64,000 nt of DNA from Nitrosopumilus sp. (GTDB taxonomy: Archaea > Thermoproteota > Nitrososphaeria > Nitrososphaerales > Nitrosopumilaceae). Where the stretch lies: contig OZ245040.1 in assembly GCA_965224195.1 (NCBI GenBank), forward strand, positions 384,001-448,000, read 5' to 3'. Positions 31,162-40,629 of the stretch are shown piece by piece. The notes under the pieces were generated by a model. It worked only from the letters and a program-made list of their open reading frames with translations. It ran no database searches and was not told where the DNA came from. Numbering within the stretch: position 1 is the stretch's first letter; each line of letters begins with the position of its first letter. A program made the position numbers and the translations under genes.

Positions 31162-32151
31162 GTGAGCGAATTCCCTATCTCTTTAACTAATAATTTATTT
31201 GAAAATAAGATCGTTTTAGTAACAGGTGGTTGCGGCTTTTTAGGTTCATGGGTGTGTAAATCGGTATTGAACAGTGGTGGAAGCATTATCTGTATTGATA
31301 ATCTTGCCACTTCATCAGATAAAAATTTGAATACATTAAAAGATTTTAAAAATTTTAAATTTCTTCAAAAAGATGTTAAAGAATTAGATATAGATACTCT
31401 TCCAGGATCTGATTATGTTTTTCATTTTGCTAGCAGAGCTGCTCCAGATAATTATAAACTTCATCCAATTGATACTCTTGAAACCAACTCATTTGGAACT
31501 AAAAAAATGTTAGAATATTCTTTAAAAAATTCTTCAACATTTGTATTTAGTTCAACATCTGAAATCTATGGAAATCCAACACTCATTCCAACATCTGAAA
31601 CATATTATGGCTATGTAAATACAATTGGAGAAAGATCATGTTATGATGAAGGGAAAAGATATGCTGAATCATTAATTCATGCATATATTCAAGAATTTAA
31701 CATTGATACAAGAATTTTAAGAATTTTTAACACATATGGACCTGGTATTAGACCTGATGGAAGTTATGGACGTGCAGTTTCTAGATTCATTTTACAATGC
31801 TTGAAAAATGATCCTATTACTATTTATGGTGATGGTTCCAATACTCGCTCATTTAGTTACGTCACCGATACTATTTCTGGTATTTTTTCTGTATTGGGAG
31901 AAAAATCTTTCAAAGGAAGACCTGTAAATATTGGAAATGATAAAGAAGTTTCAATTCTTTCTCTTGCTAATTTAATTATAAAATTAACAAATAGTTCTTC
32001 TAAGATTAAATTTTTATCTGAAGCTCCTGATGATCCAAGCAGAAGATGTCCTGATACGTCTCTTTTACAAAATACCGGATGGAAACAAGAAATTGAACTT
32101 GAAGCAGGTCTCACAAAAACTATAGAATGGATAAAAAAATATTATGTCTGA
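31162..32151 (+). CDS. UDP-glucuronate decarboxylase (UDP-xylose synthase)
   Basis: SSTSEIYG, RSCYDEGKR, RIFNTYGP and DDP.RR.PD motifs. Confidence 0.88.
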   Translation: MSEFPISLTNNLFENKIVLVTGGCGFLGSWVCKSVLNSGGSIICIDNLATSSDKNLNTLKDFKNFKFLQKDVKELDIDTLPGSDYVFHFASRAAPDNYKLHPIDTLETNSFGTKKMLEYSLKNSSTFVFSSTSEIYGNPTLIPTSETYYGYVNTIGERSCYDEGKRYAESLIHAYIQEFNIDTRILRIFNTYGPGIRPDGSYGRAVSRFILQCLKNDPITIYGDGSNTRSFSYVTDTISGIFSVLGEKSFKGRPVNIGNDKEVSILSLANLIIKLTNSSSKIKFLSEAPDDPSRRCPDTSLLQNTGWKQEIELEAGLTKTIEWIKKYYV

Positions 32152-33469
32152 GTTGAGAATATGTGTTATAGGATTAGGGTTTGTTGGGTTGACTATGTCT
32201 ACAGTAATTGCTTCAAAAGGATTATCTGTAATAGGAGTTGAAACAAATTCTGACAAACTTTTAAAAATAAAACAAGGTAAATCTCCTTTTTATGAACCTC
32301 AAATTGAAAAATATTTAACATCAAATATTGATAAAACATTTCATGTTTCTGATAATCTAAAAGATTCTGTTACACAAAGTGATATTATTTTTATTTGTGT
32401 TGGAACCCCTAGTCAAGATGATGGCTCTGCAGATTTATCATTTATTAAAAATATTTGTTCTGAAATAGGACGATGTCTAAAAAATGAATCTCACTTTAAG
32501 ACTATAATTATAAAAAGTACAATTCCTCCTTCAACTTGTACAAATATTGTCAAATCTATTCTTGAAGACGAATCTACCAAAAAAACTGGAATAGATTTTG
32601 GTTTATGTATGAACCCTGAATTTTTGAGAGAAGGATCTGCAATTCAAGATATGCTGGAACCACATTTGTTAGTAGTAGGTTCAGAACATGAAAAAACTAA
32701 ACTACATGTTAAAAAATTATATGAAAATATTTATGATCCACTCCCTGAATATCTCGAAACTAATCTTGAAAATGCTGAGCTTATAAAATATACAAATAAT
32801 GCTTTTCTTGCAACAAAGATTAGCTTCATTAACTCTATCGCAAACATATGTGGCAAAATTCCTGGAACAGATGTTGAAATTATTGCAAATGCAATTGGTA
32901 AAGATCCTAGAATTGGTTCATTATTTTTAAAAGCGGGTCCTGGATTTGGTGGATCTTGTTTTCCAAAAGACTTGGCTGGATTTCTAAATTTTTCTACTTC
33001 AATTGGATATGAATCATCTCTACTCACATCTACTCAAGATGTTAACAATAAACAAGTAGAAATTGTAATAGATATGATTCAACAAAAAATAATTGATACC
33101 CCCAAAATTGTTTCTATACTTGGGTTATCATTTAAAAAAGATACTGATGACATAAGGGAATCCGTAGCTATAAAAATTGTAAAATCTTTACTTCAAGATA
33201 ATGTACAGATTAAGGTTCATGACCCCTTAGCCATCCCTAATTTCCAAAAAATGTTTTCAGATCAAATTACTTATTCACATTCTATTGATAATTGTTTAAA
33301 AAATTCTAGTTGTTGTGTACTTTTAACTGATTGGAGTGAGTATTCACAACTTACACAAGATATTTTTTTAACCAATATGGATTTTCCAATAGTAATTGAT
33401 GCAAGAAGAATACTAGATCCTAAAAAAATGGATTTAGTTGACTTTACAGCTATTGGATATGGAAAATAA
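32144..33469 (+). CDS. ugd: UDP-glucose 6-dehydrogenase
   Basis: NPEFLREG, GFGGSCFPKD and TDDIRES motifs. Confidence 0.9.
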   Translation: MSELRICVIGLGFVGLTMSTVIASKGLSVIGVETNSDKLLKIKQGKSPFYEPQIEKYLTSNIDKTFHVSDNLKDSVTQSDIIFICVGTPSQDDGSADLSFIKNICSEIGRCLKNESHFKTIIIKSTIPPSTCTNIVKSILEDESTKKTGIDFGLCMNPEFLREGSAIQDMLEPHLLVVGSEHEKTKLHVKKLYENIYDPLPEYLETNLENAELIKYTNNAFLATKISFINSIANICGKIPGTDVEIIANAIGKDPRIGSLFLKAGPGFGGSCFPKDLAGFLNFSTSIGYESSLLTSTQDVNNKQVEIVIDMIQQKIIDTPKIVSILGLSFKKDTDDIRESVAIKIVKSLLQDNVQIKVHDPLAIPNFQKMFSDQITYSHSIDNCLKNSSCCVLLTDWSEYSQLTQDIFLTNMDFPIVIDARRILDPKKMDLVDFTAIGYGK

Positions 33470-33474
33470 AAAAT

Positions 33475-34314
33475 TCAATTTAATGATCTGTAAGTTGTTT
33501 TCAATGCATCCCAATATGTTTTTGGTGTTCCAACATCAATCCACACTTCATCATTTTTTAATTCCGAAGCCGTTATATCATAACCTCTACTTTTGATTTT
33601 TTTAATACCATCCGTAAGTTGAATTTCTTTTCGCACATCTGGTTTTGTATTTTTTAAACAATCAAAAATCATTGGATCAAATTTATAGATAGGCATTATT
33701 GCTAAATTTGTTTTTGGTTTTTTTGGTTTTTCTTCTAGCTTGGTAACAAACATTTTTTTATTTTTTGTGATAGTTTGAACTACTCCAAATTGTCTGGGGT
33801 CTTCTACTTTTTTTAGTAGTAATCTACATTTTTCATTTTTTGAAAAGCTATCTGCTAATCGCTTCAAATGTCTATTTTTTGGAGATATGATTACTGTATC
33901 ACCCGCATGTACTAAAAATGGGTAGTCACCTATAGCATTTTTTGCAACAAGTACTGAATGTCCAAATCCTTTTGGAGACGATTGATTAATCCACATAAGA
34001 TTAGATGAATCAAGCTTATCGTAATATTTTTTTAACATTTTTTTTGTACTTGAATTTGATTTACCTATTCTATCTAGAAATTCATAGTCTGGAGTAAAAT
34101 GATCCTCGATTGCTCTTTTTGTCCTACCTACAATAAAATAATAATCTCTTATCCCAAAATCGTATAACTGTTCAAATATTACCTGAAGGATTGGTTTAAC
34201 CGTCATATCTGATTCTGAAAAAATAGGTAACATTTCTTTTGGTTGTTCTTTTGTAACTGGCAATAATCTTGTTCCTAGACCTGCAGCTGGGATTACAACT
34301 TTAGTTACTTTCAA
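33475..34314 (-). CDS. galU: UTP-glucose-1-phosphate uridylyltransferase
   Basis: PAAGLGTRLLPVTK..PKEMLP and EIQLTD motifs. Confidence 0.85.
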   Translation of the reverse strand: MKVTKVVIPAAGLGTRLLPVTKEQPKEMLPIFSESDMTVKPILQVIFEQLYDFGIRDYYFIVGRTKRAIEDHFTPDYEFLDRIGKSNSSTKKMLKKYYDKLDSSNLMWINQSSPKGFGHSVLVAKNAIGDYPFLVHAGDTVIISPKNRHLKRLADSFSKNEKCRLLLKKVEDPRQFGVVQTITKNKKMFVTKLEEKPKKPKTNLAIMPIYKFDPMIFDCLKNTKPDVRKEIQLTDGIKKIKSRGYDITASELKNDEVWIDVGTPKTYWDALKTTYRSLN

Positions 34315-34437
34315 TACAAATATTTTTGATTTTGTATAAATAAAACTATGGGTGAATAGAAAAATTTCTTTTTTCTAAGTCATAATATTGATTTCTCCTA
34401 TAGGTTAGAATATTTACCTAATCCAATATTTCACTTT

Positions 34438-35346
34438 ATGGATGTTTTAATTACTGGAGGTATGGGTTTTGTAGGTAGTCATCTATCAAAATATCTTAGT
34501 TCTCAAGGATATGAAATAACAATATATGATAATTTTAGTAATTCTAAATTTCAAGAATCTAGTGATTCTAAAATTCATACGATTAAAGGAGATATTTTAG
34601 ATTATTCTTTACTTAGCAAATCTTTAGATGGTATTGATGTTGTAATCCATCTTGCAGCACAAATTAGTGTAGAAGATTCCATAAAAAATCCAGATATTAC
34701 AATAAAGATCAATGTTGATGGAACACAAACTGTATTAGATGCATGTCTGAAAAAAAATGTTAAAAAATTTATTGCACTTTCTTCTGCAGCTATTTTTGGT
34801 GAATCCAATATTCTTCCATTAGATGAAAATTCTAAAACTATTCCAATATCTCCTTATGGAAAAAGTAAACTTGATATGGAAAAAATAATAATTAATTTTT
34901 CAAAAAAATATGAAATTGATTCTATAATTCTTCGAGCATTTAATATCTATGGATTAGGGCAATCAAGTCAATATGCTGGAGTCATAACAAAATTTCTAAA
35001 CCAAATCAAAGAAAATAAATCTCTAGAAATTTTTGGTGATGGCTCTCAGACTCGAGATTTTATTCATATAGAAGATCTAGTAAGATGCATTGAATTATCT
35101 ATACAAAATATTGATGAAAAGGCTGGTCGGATTTATAATATTGGTAGTGGCCAAAGTACAAGTATCTTAAAACTAGCTAACCTATGCTTATCTCTATCTG
35201 ATAAACAACAAGAGATAATATTTAATTCTAAAATTAAAGGTGAAATCATGTTTAGTGAAACGTCTATTGAGAAAGCAAAAAAAGAACTTGGTTTTAAGCC
35301 AGAAATTTCTCTTTCGGATGGCCTCTCAAAATTCTTAAAATCTTAA
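34438..35346 (+). CDS. NAD-dependent epimerase (GalE-like)
   Basis: TGGMGFVG, SPYGKSK and QTRDFIH motifs. Confidence 0.85.
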   Translation: MDVLITGGMGFVGSHLSKYLSSQGYEITIYDNFSNSKFQESSDSKIHTIKGDILDYSLLSKSLDGIDVVIHLAAQISVEDSIKNPDITIKINVDGTQTVLDACLKKNVKKFIALSSAAIFGESNILPLDENSKTIPISPYGKSKLDMEKIIINFSKKYEIDSIILRAFNIYGLGQSSQYAGVITKFLNQIKENKSLEIFGDGSQTRDFIHIEDLVRCIELSIQNIDEKAGRIYNIGSGQSTSILKLANLCLSLSDKQQEIIFNSKIKGEIMFSETSIEKAKKELGFKPEISLSDGLSKFLKS

Positions 35347-35399
35347 AGCGTCTTTTTTTTATTATTAATTTACAAATTGTTATATTGTTTCTGTAAATC

Positions 35400-36422
35400 T
35401 TGAAAGCAATGATTGCTCTCTCAATAATGGATAAAACTGACTCAAGTGGAATGTATAAAATTTATGATAGATGGCCTAGCATGGCAAGAGAAGCATATGA
35501 TTCTGATTTAGAATCTATTCACTTTGAAAATATTGATCATATTATATTTGCAGGAATGGGGGGTTCTGGTGCCATCGGCGATTTATTTTCTTCTATTTTA
35601 TCTAAAAATAATATTCATGTTAATGTGATTAAGGGGTATGTACTTCCAAAGACTGTTAACAAAAATACACTTGTTGTTTGTACTAGTGTTTCAGGAAACA
35701 CTGTAGAAACTTTGAGTATAATGGAATCTGCATCAAATCTTGATTGTAAGGTAATAGGATTTTCATCTGGTGGAAAAATGGAGCGATTTTGTATTGATAA
35801 TAACATCCCTTTTAGAAAAATTCCAATGATTCATTCACCAAGAGCATCTTTTGTAACTTTTGTTTATTCAATGTTAAATGTTTTAGAATCTATAATACCA
35901 ATAGTCAAAAAAGACATTAAAGAATCTTTTACCACAATTGAAACATTATCTACAAAAATAAATTCTTCAAATATTGAAGAAACTAATCCTGCTTTATCTT
36001 TAGCAGAATTTCTAAATGACATTCCTTGTATTTACTACCCTTCTGGATTATATGCAGCTGCAATACGATTTAAGAACTCTTTACAAGAAAATGCTAAGAT
36101 GCATGCATTCACTGAGGATATAATTGAAGCAAGTCATAATGGAATTGTATCGTGGGAAATATCATCTAACGTTAGACCAGTGTTTCTTAGAGGTACTGAA
36201 GATCACCCAAAGACTAAAGAACGTTGGAATATTTTAAAGGAATATTTTCAAGAAAATAAAATACCTTTTAAAGAAATTCTATCTGTAGAAGGAAATATTT
36301 TATCAAAAATAATTTCACTTAACTATCTTCTTGATTATTGTTCTTTGTATAGGGCAATATTATCTAATATGGATCCATCACCTGTGAAATCAATAGATTT
36401 TATTAAATCTAGATTGGACTGA
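35400..36422 (+). CDS. Bifunctional phosphoglucose/phosphomannose isomerase (SIS)
   Basis: GMGGSG, SVSGNTVET, PRAS and ENAK..E..HN motifs. Confidence 0.85.
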   Translation: MKAMIALSIMDKTDSSGMYKIYDRWPSMAREAYDSDLESIHFENIDHIIFAGMGGSGAIGDLFSSILSKNNIHVNVIKGYVLPKTVNKNTLVVCTSVSGNTVETLSIMESASNLDCKVIGFSSGGKMERFCIDNNIPFRKIPMIHSPRASFVTFVYSMLNVLESIIPIVKKDIKESFTTIETLSTKINSSNIEETNPALSLAEFLNDIPCIYYPSGLYAAAIRFKNSLQENAKMHAFTEDIIEASHNGIVSWEISSNVRPVFLRGTEDHPKTKERWNILKEYFQENKIPFKEILSVEGNILSKIISLNYLLDYCSLYRAILSNMDPSPVKSIDFIKSRLD

Positions 36423-36540
36423 AAACCTTGTTTTTAAAATAGTAAATATATTTACTATTCAATGATTTAAATTTATTAAAAAAAATCCCTGTCTGACTCT
36501 TTCAATTAGTTTTTAATTGAGAATGATTTACAGAATTATA

Positions 36541-37593
36541 ATGCATGAAATCAACCCATCACTTAGAACCGTGGAATGGAAAAATAATAAAGTGATAATG
36601 ATTGAACAAACCAAATTACCAAACGAACTAGTTTTTGTAGAATATGATGATTTTAACCAAGTTGCAAATGCTATCAAAACTTTGATAGTTAGAGGTGCAC
36701 CTGCAATTGGAGTATCTGGAGCATTTGGATTAGGATTAGCTGTTTTACAAAGCAAAGCAACAACAAAAGAAGAACTACTTTCAGATTTAGAAGATGCAAG
36801 AAAAATTCTTTTTGCAACAAGACCAACTGCAGTGAATCTGGGTTGGGGATTGGAAAAAATAATGAATGTTGCAAAGACTGGAGAAACAGCAGAACAAATT
36901 AGAGAACTAGTGATTGAAACTGCTAAGAAAATGGCAGATGAAGATATCGAAATTAACAAATCCATGGGCAAGAATGGTTCAGTTCTTTTTGATGATAATG
37001 ATACAATAATGACACATTGTAATGCTGGTGCACTAGCTACCGTTGCATATGGAACTGCGTTAGGTGTAATCAGAGCAACTAGAGAAAGCGGAAAAAATGT
37101 CAAAGTCATAGCAACTGAAACAAGACCAATTCAACAAGGTTCAAGATTAACAGCATTTGAGTTAAAACATGATGGATTTGATGTTAGTTTAGTTCCTGAT
37201 ACTGCTGTAGGATATTCAATGGCAAATGGATTGGTAAACAAAGTTGTGGTGGGTGCAGATAGAATTGTCAAAACTGGTCATGTTTTTAACAAAATTGGGA
37301 CATATCAGGTGGCAACAATGGCAAAACAACACGGAATTCCATTTTATGTTGCAGCACCATTATCAACAATTGATCTTAAAACAAAGGCTGAAGACGTAAT
37401 TATTGAAATGCGAGATGGATCTGAGGTTACAGGAATTGGTGATAAAAAAACAGCTCCTGATGATATTGGTGTAATTAATCCAGCATTTGATATGACTCCA
37501 CCTGAACTAATTTCTGGAATTATTACTGAAAAAGGCGTGGCTACAGCTCCCTATGAGGAATCAATTCCAAAATTATTTGAAGCTAATAATTAG
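36541..37593 (+). CDS. mtnA: Methylthioribose-1-phosphate isomerase
   Basis: VRGAPAIG, TRPTAVNL, THCNAGALAT, ETRP and NKIGTY motifs; ATG 36541 preferred over TTG 36517. Confidence 0.9.
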   Translation: MHEINPSLRTVEWKNNKVIMIEQTKLPNELVFVEYDDFNQVANAIKTLIVRGAPAIGVSGAFGLGLAVLQSKATTKEELLSDLEDARKILFATRPTAVNLGWGLEKIMNVAKTGETAEQIRELVIETAKKMADEDIEINKSMGKNGSVLFDDNDTIMTHCNAGALATVAYGTALGVIRATRESGKNVKVIATETRPIQQGSRLTAFELKHDGFDVSLVPDTAVGYSMANGLVNKVVVGADRIVKTGHVFNKIGTYQVATMAKQHGIPFYVAAPLSTIDLKTKAEDVIIEMRDGSEVTGIGDKKTAPDDIGVINPAFDMTPPELISGIITEKGVATAPYEESIPKLFEANN

Positions 37594-37614
37594 ATTCTGT
37601 AACATCTTAGAGAC

Positions 37615-38751
37615 CTACTCATAATCTCTGTTTAGTGAGGCATTTTGAATTATGGTTTTCCATTTGTTATCTCCATCCACTTTAATCAAAGCAGCTTCTG
37701 AAGGCGTAACATCACCGCCTAATCCGCCATGTTCTTTTGAGAAATTATACCATAACTTCAATCCTTGAATCAATGGTGTATCTTTTTTCTTTAGACCTCG
37801 AAATACCTTTTCTCTATCTCTAATTTCACCATTCAATCTCTCCATCATGTTATTTGTAGGATGGATTTTACGACCTGTTCTTTTACTGTTTATTCCAACA
37901 TTGAAGGCATGATATGTCTCTTTTCCAAATACTCTCTTTGCAGATTTTGCATAAGCTGGAAGTCCATCTGTGATAAATGCCCTAGGTGTCTTTTGTGTCA
38001 TGTTTACAGTGGACACTAGAAGCTTATCTGCCTGATGCTGAAACTTTGTATCTGCCATTTCACCAATTAGCCAAAATCTAGTCTCATCATCCATAGTGCT
38101 AAACAGATAATTCATTTTACCTGAAACTCGAATAAATGCCTCATCAGCTCTTATCCAGTCTCCTACACGTGGAACTATCTTGTCTACATATTCAGAGCCA
38201 AGTTTAGAATATTGAGCAACCCATCTGTATATGGTCATGTGAGATATTTTGATTCCCATTCTTCTGTATTGCCTTGAAATATCCCTCACACTCATTCCTG
38301 AAAAATACATCTCCAAAGAACCAGTAATGGCACTATCATTATTCTGTTTCTTCTCAAATCCGAAATTTGTGGTAAATTTTCTTTTACAATCCTTGCACTT
38401 GAATATCTGTAAGTTGACTGACTTGTTTTTCTTGATTCCTTTTTTGATAATTTTGCCTGAATCACAGAACTTACACAATCTTAATTTTGAACGTTCCATG
38501 ATTCTAAATGTATTATTGCGATAACACTTGTTTTGCCTAACAATTTCTAAAACTATCTTGATGTGTTTACAGTCTGCTTTTCTACAGTTATGATCTTTGC
38601 ATTGACATTTGAGTCCATTTTCAGTCTTTGATACGATGTAGAATTTAGTAGGATCAGTTTGGGAACGAACTTTGAATTTATCAGATTCAAACTGTGAGCA
38701 ATGACCTTTAGTTTCCATCATGGATTGAGCTCTCAGTCTCCTTTGATTCAT
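37615..38751 (-). CDS. IS6-family DDE transposase with N-terminal SWIM-like and zinc-ribbon domains
   Basis: CQC...CKH, CKFC..CKDC, HTH, catalytic ADE / TDGLPAY / NNMMERLN; stop codon lies inside the left TIR. Confidence 0.88.
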   Translation of the reverse strand: MNQRRLRAQSMMETKGHCSQFESDKFKVRSQTDPTKFYIVSKTENGLKCQCKDHNCRKADCKHIKIVLEIVRQNKCYRNNTFRIMERSKLRLCKFCDSGKIIKKGIKKNKSVNLQIFKCKDCKRKFTTNFGFEKKQNNDSAITGSLEMYFSGMSVRDISRQYRRMGIKISHMTIYRWVAQYSKLGSEYVDKIVPRVGDWIRADEAFIRVSGKMNYLFSTMDDETRFWLIGEMADTKFQHQADKLLVSTVNMTQKTPRAFITDGLPAYAKSAKRVFGKETYHAFNVGINSKRTGRKIHPTNNMMERLNGEIRDREKVFRGLKKKDTPLIQGLKLWYNFSKEHGGLGGDVTPSEAALIKVDGDNKWKTIIQNASLNRDYE

Positions 38752-38824
38752 ACCAATATTATAATGGCAATATATTATAAATGTTTACCACTTATTTAAT
38801 GGCAACAATTTTATTTATCTGATT

Positions 38825-39055
38825 TTGAATGTTATTATGGGTTCACAAATAATACGAAAACGAAAAGATAAAGAATATCTTTACTATGCTTATTATGACA
38901 ATGGAAAACGTAAAGAGATGTATTGTGGTTTAGTTTCGGATCCTCAATCCGAGAATAAATCTATACAATTTGAAATTGAAGAATTAGAAAAATTAAGATC
39001 GGATATTACAAATAAATTAAAAACACTAAAAAAAATAGATTTTAAAAATTCGTAG
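38825..39055 (+). CDS. Small basic protein, putative DNA-binding (passenger 1)
   Basis: KRKDKEYLYYAYYDNGKRKEMYCG beta-hairpin followed by a coiled coil; divergent from the transposase. Confidence 0.65.
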   Translation: MNVIMGSQIIRKRKDKEYLYYAYYDNGKRKEMYCGLVSDPQSENKSIQFEIEELEKLRSDITNKLKTLKKIDFKNS

Positions 39056-39057
39056 TT

Positions 39058-39216
39058 TTATCCGTCTGATATTCCGTTACAACCACAAATTTTACATTTT
39101 CCATTTACTTTAGAGGTTTTCGTATCTACGGTAATTTTATGACTTGACCATTTATGATCACATCCCCCGCATACCATTGTTCGTGTTTCATCTGTTGGTT
39201 TCATTTCTACTAACAT
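39058..39216 (-). CDS. Small zinc-finger-like protein (52 aa, passenger 2, not in ORF track)
   Basis: MLVEMKPTDETRTMVCGGCDHKWSSHKITVDTKTSKVNGKCKICGCNGISDG; perfect SD GGAGGTGA at 39221-39228 on the minus strand. Confidence 0.75.
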   Translation of the reverse strand: MLVEMKPTDETRTMVCGGCDHKWSSHKITVDTKTSKVNGKCKICGCNGISDG

Positions 39217-39230
39217 TCTATCACCTCCTA

Positions 39231-39821
39231 TCATGTACTATTACGTATGAACGAGTTTGACATGTCACTAAGACAGTAACGAAAAGCTGGAAGTCTAACA
39301 ACACCTAGCCACATACATGAAGTTGATATTCCCGCCCTTTTTATTTCTTCGTAAATTTTTTTGTAACTATCAACTTGTGTGTGCGGTGTTCCTACTGCCA
39401 TTTTCTTTTCTATTGATTCTTTAGTTGCTGTAATCTGTATATTTAGAACAGTGCAAATTATTTTTTTAACATTTTGGTTTCTCATCATTTGTTCGTATAG
39501 CAAATATCTTTCATAATTCAAATATGATAGTATCATGCTATAATCAAAAGCAAAATTGCCTGGTCTACGATTAGAGGAAACAGCAATTGTTTTATCAGAA
39601 TTTTCTAATTTATCTAACAAACCCAATCTTGAACTTGATGATTGGAAAATAGATTCTGAAATAATTCCAGATTCCAAAAATTTTTTTCTTTTTAAGGCAT
39701 TTGGTTTATTGATTGCGTTAAGTCTTTTAGATTCTAAAATAAGATCTGCATAATTTTCAGGTTTGTTAACCCGTGGAAATTGTTTTTTGATTTCTAAGAT
39801 TAATTTATTCTTTGAAATCAT
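39231..39821 (-). CDS. Hypothetical protein (passenger 3)
   Basis: 196-aa ORF inside the TIRs; no recognised motif. Confidence 0.6.
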   Translation of the reverse strand: MISKNKLILEIKKQFPRVNKPENYADLILESKRLNAINKPNALKRKKFLESGIISESIFQSSSSRLGLLDKLENSDKTIAVSSNRRPGNFAFDYSMILSYLNYERYLLYEQMMRNQNVKKIICTVLNIQITATKESIEKKMAVGTPHTQVDSYKKIYEEIKRAGISTSCMWLGVVRLPAFRYCLSDMSNSFIRNST

Positions 39822-39988
39822 GTGATTTTGATGTCAGAATATCACTATTTAACTTTAATTGATTTAATTTCAGAAACTTATGCCATAAGGAAAATTCAAT
39901 TTGAAGAAGATCCATATTTAGGTCTCTAAGATGTTACAGAACCAATAATTAGAAAGTTTTTATTGTTTTTCAAACTGCCATTTACAAT

Positions 39989-40627
39989 ATGAGTACTGTC
40001 ACTACACAGGCAATAGAGGATTCATTAAAACAATGCATGGATCCAGAAGTTCCATTAAACATTGTAGAAATGGGCTTAATTTATGGAATAGATGTTACAG
40101 AAAATAATGACGTTAATATCAAAATGACAATGACTACACAAGGTTGTCCTTTACATGAGACTTTGGTTGAGGATGCAACACGATATGCTAAAAAAGTTCC
40201 TGGAGTAAATAATGTCAAAATTGACATTGTATGGGAACCTGTATGGTCAATGGATAAAATGACTGAAGAAGGAAAATTGAAAATTAAAAACATGGGTGCT
40301 GCTATGAATACACCTGCACCAATTAACTATGAAACTGCATTACCTCAAGGAGTTGGAAAATTAATCAAACAAGATGACGGTTCAATGGTATTAGCAAATG
40401 AACACGAACAAGGCTTTATGGTAAATCAGGCAATTGTAGACTTTTGGAAGTCTTGTAATGGAGAACGTAAAGTAACAGAGCTAGTAGAAGTATTTGCACA
40501 GCAAACAGGATTGCAAAGAAAACAAGTCGAAAAAGAAGTCATGCAATTACTACAACAATTACGTGATGGCGGATTAATTGCAATTGCAGGTCAACCAGAC
40601 ACACCAAATGTCGAATTTAAAAAATAA
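39989..40627 (+). CDS. DUF59 Fe-S assembly domain fused to a PqqD-like domain
   Basis: DPE.PLNIVEMGLIY and MTMTTQGCP; C-terminal wHTH-like FWKSCNG..V.ELV..L.QLRDGGLI. Confidence 0.8.
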   Translation: MSTVTTQAIEDSLKQCMDPEVPLNIVEMGLIYGIDVTENNDVNIKMTMTTQGCPLHETLVEDATRYAKKVPGVNNVKIDIVWEPVWSMDKMTEEGKLKIKNMGAAMNTPAPINYETALPQGVGKLIKQDDGSMVLANEHEQGFMVNQAIVDFWKSCNGERKVTELVEVFAQQTGLQRKQVEKEVMQLLQQLRDGGLIAIAGQPDTPNVEFKK

Positions 40628-40629
40628 TT

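Larger units (their letters stand above)
37593..39943 (-). mobile_element. IS6-like element with passenger genes (2351 bp)
   Basis: 25-bp TIRs 37593-37617 and 39919-39943 (24/25 identical, GGTTCTG-type end); 8-bp TSD AATAATTA at 37585-37592 and 39944-39951. Confidence 0.92.
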
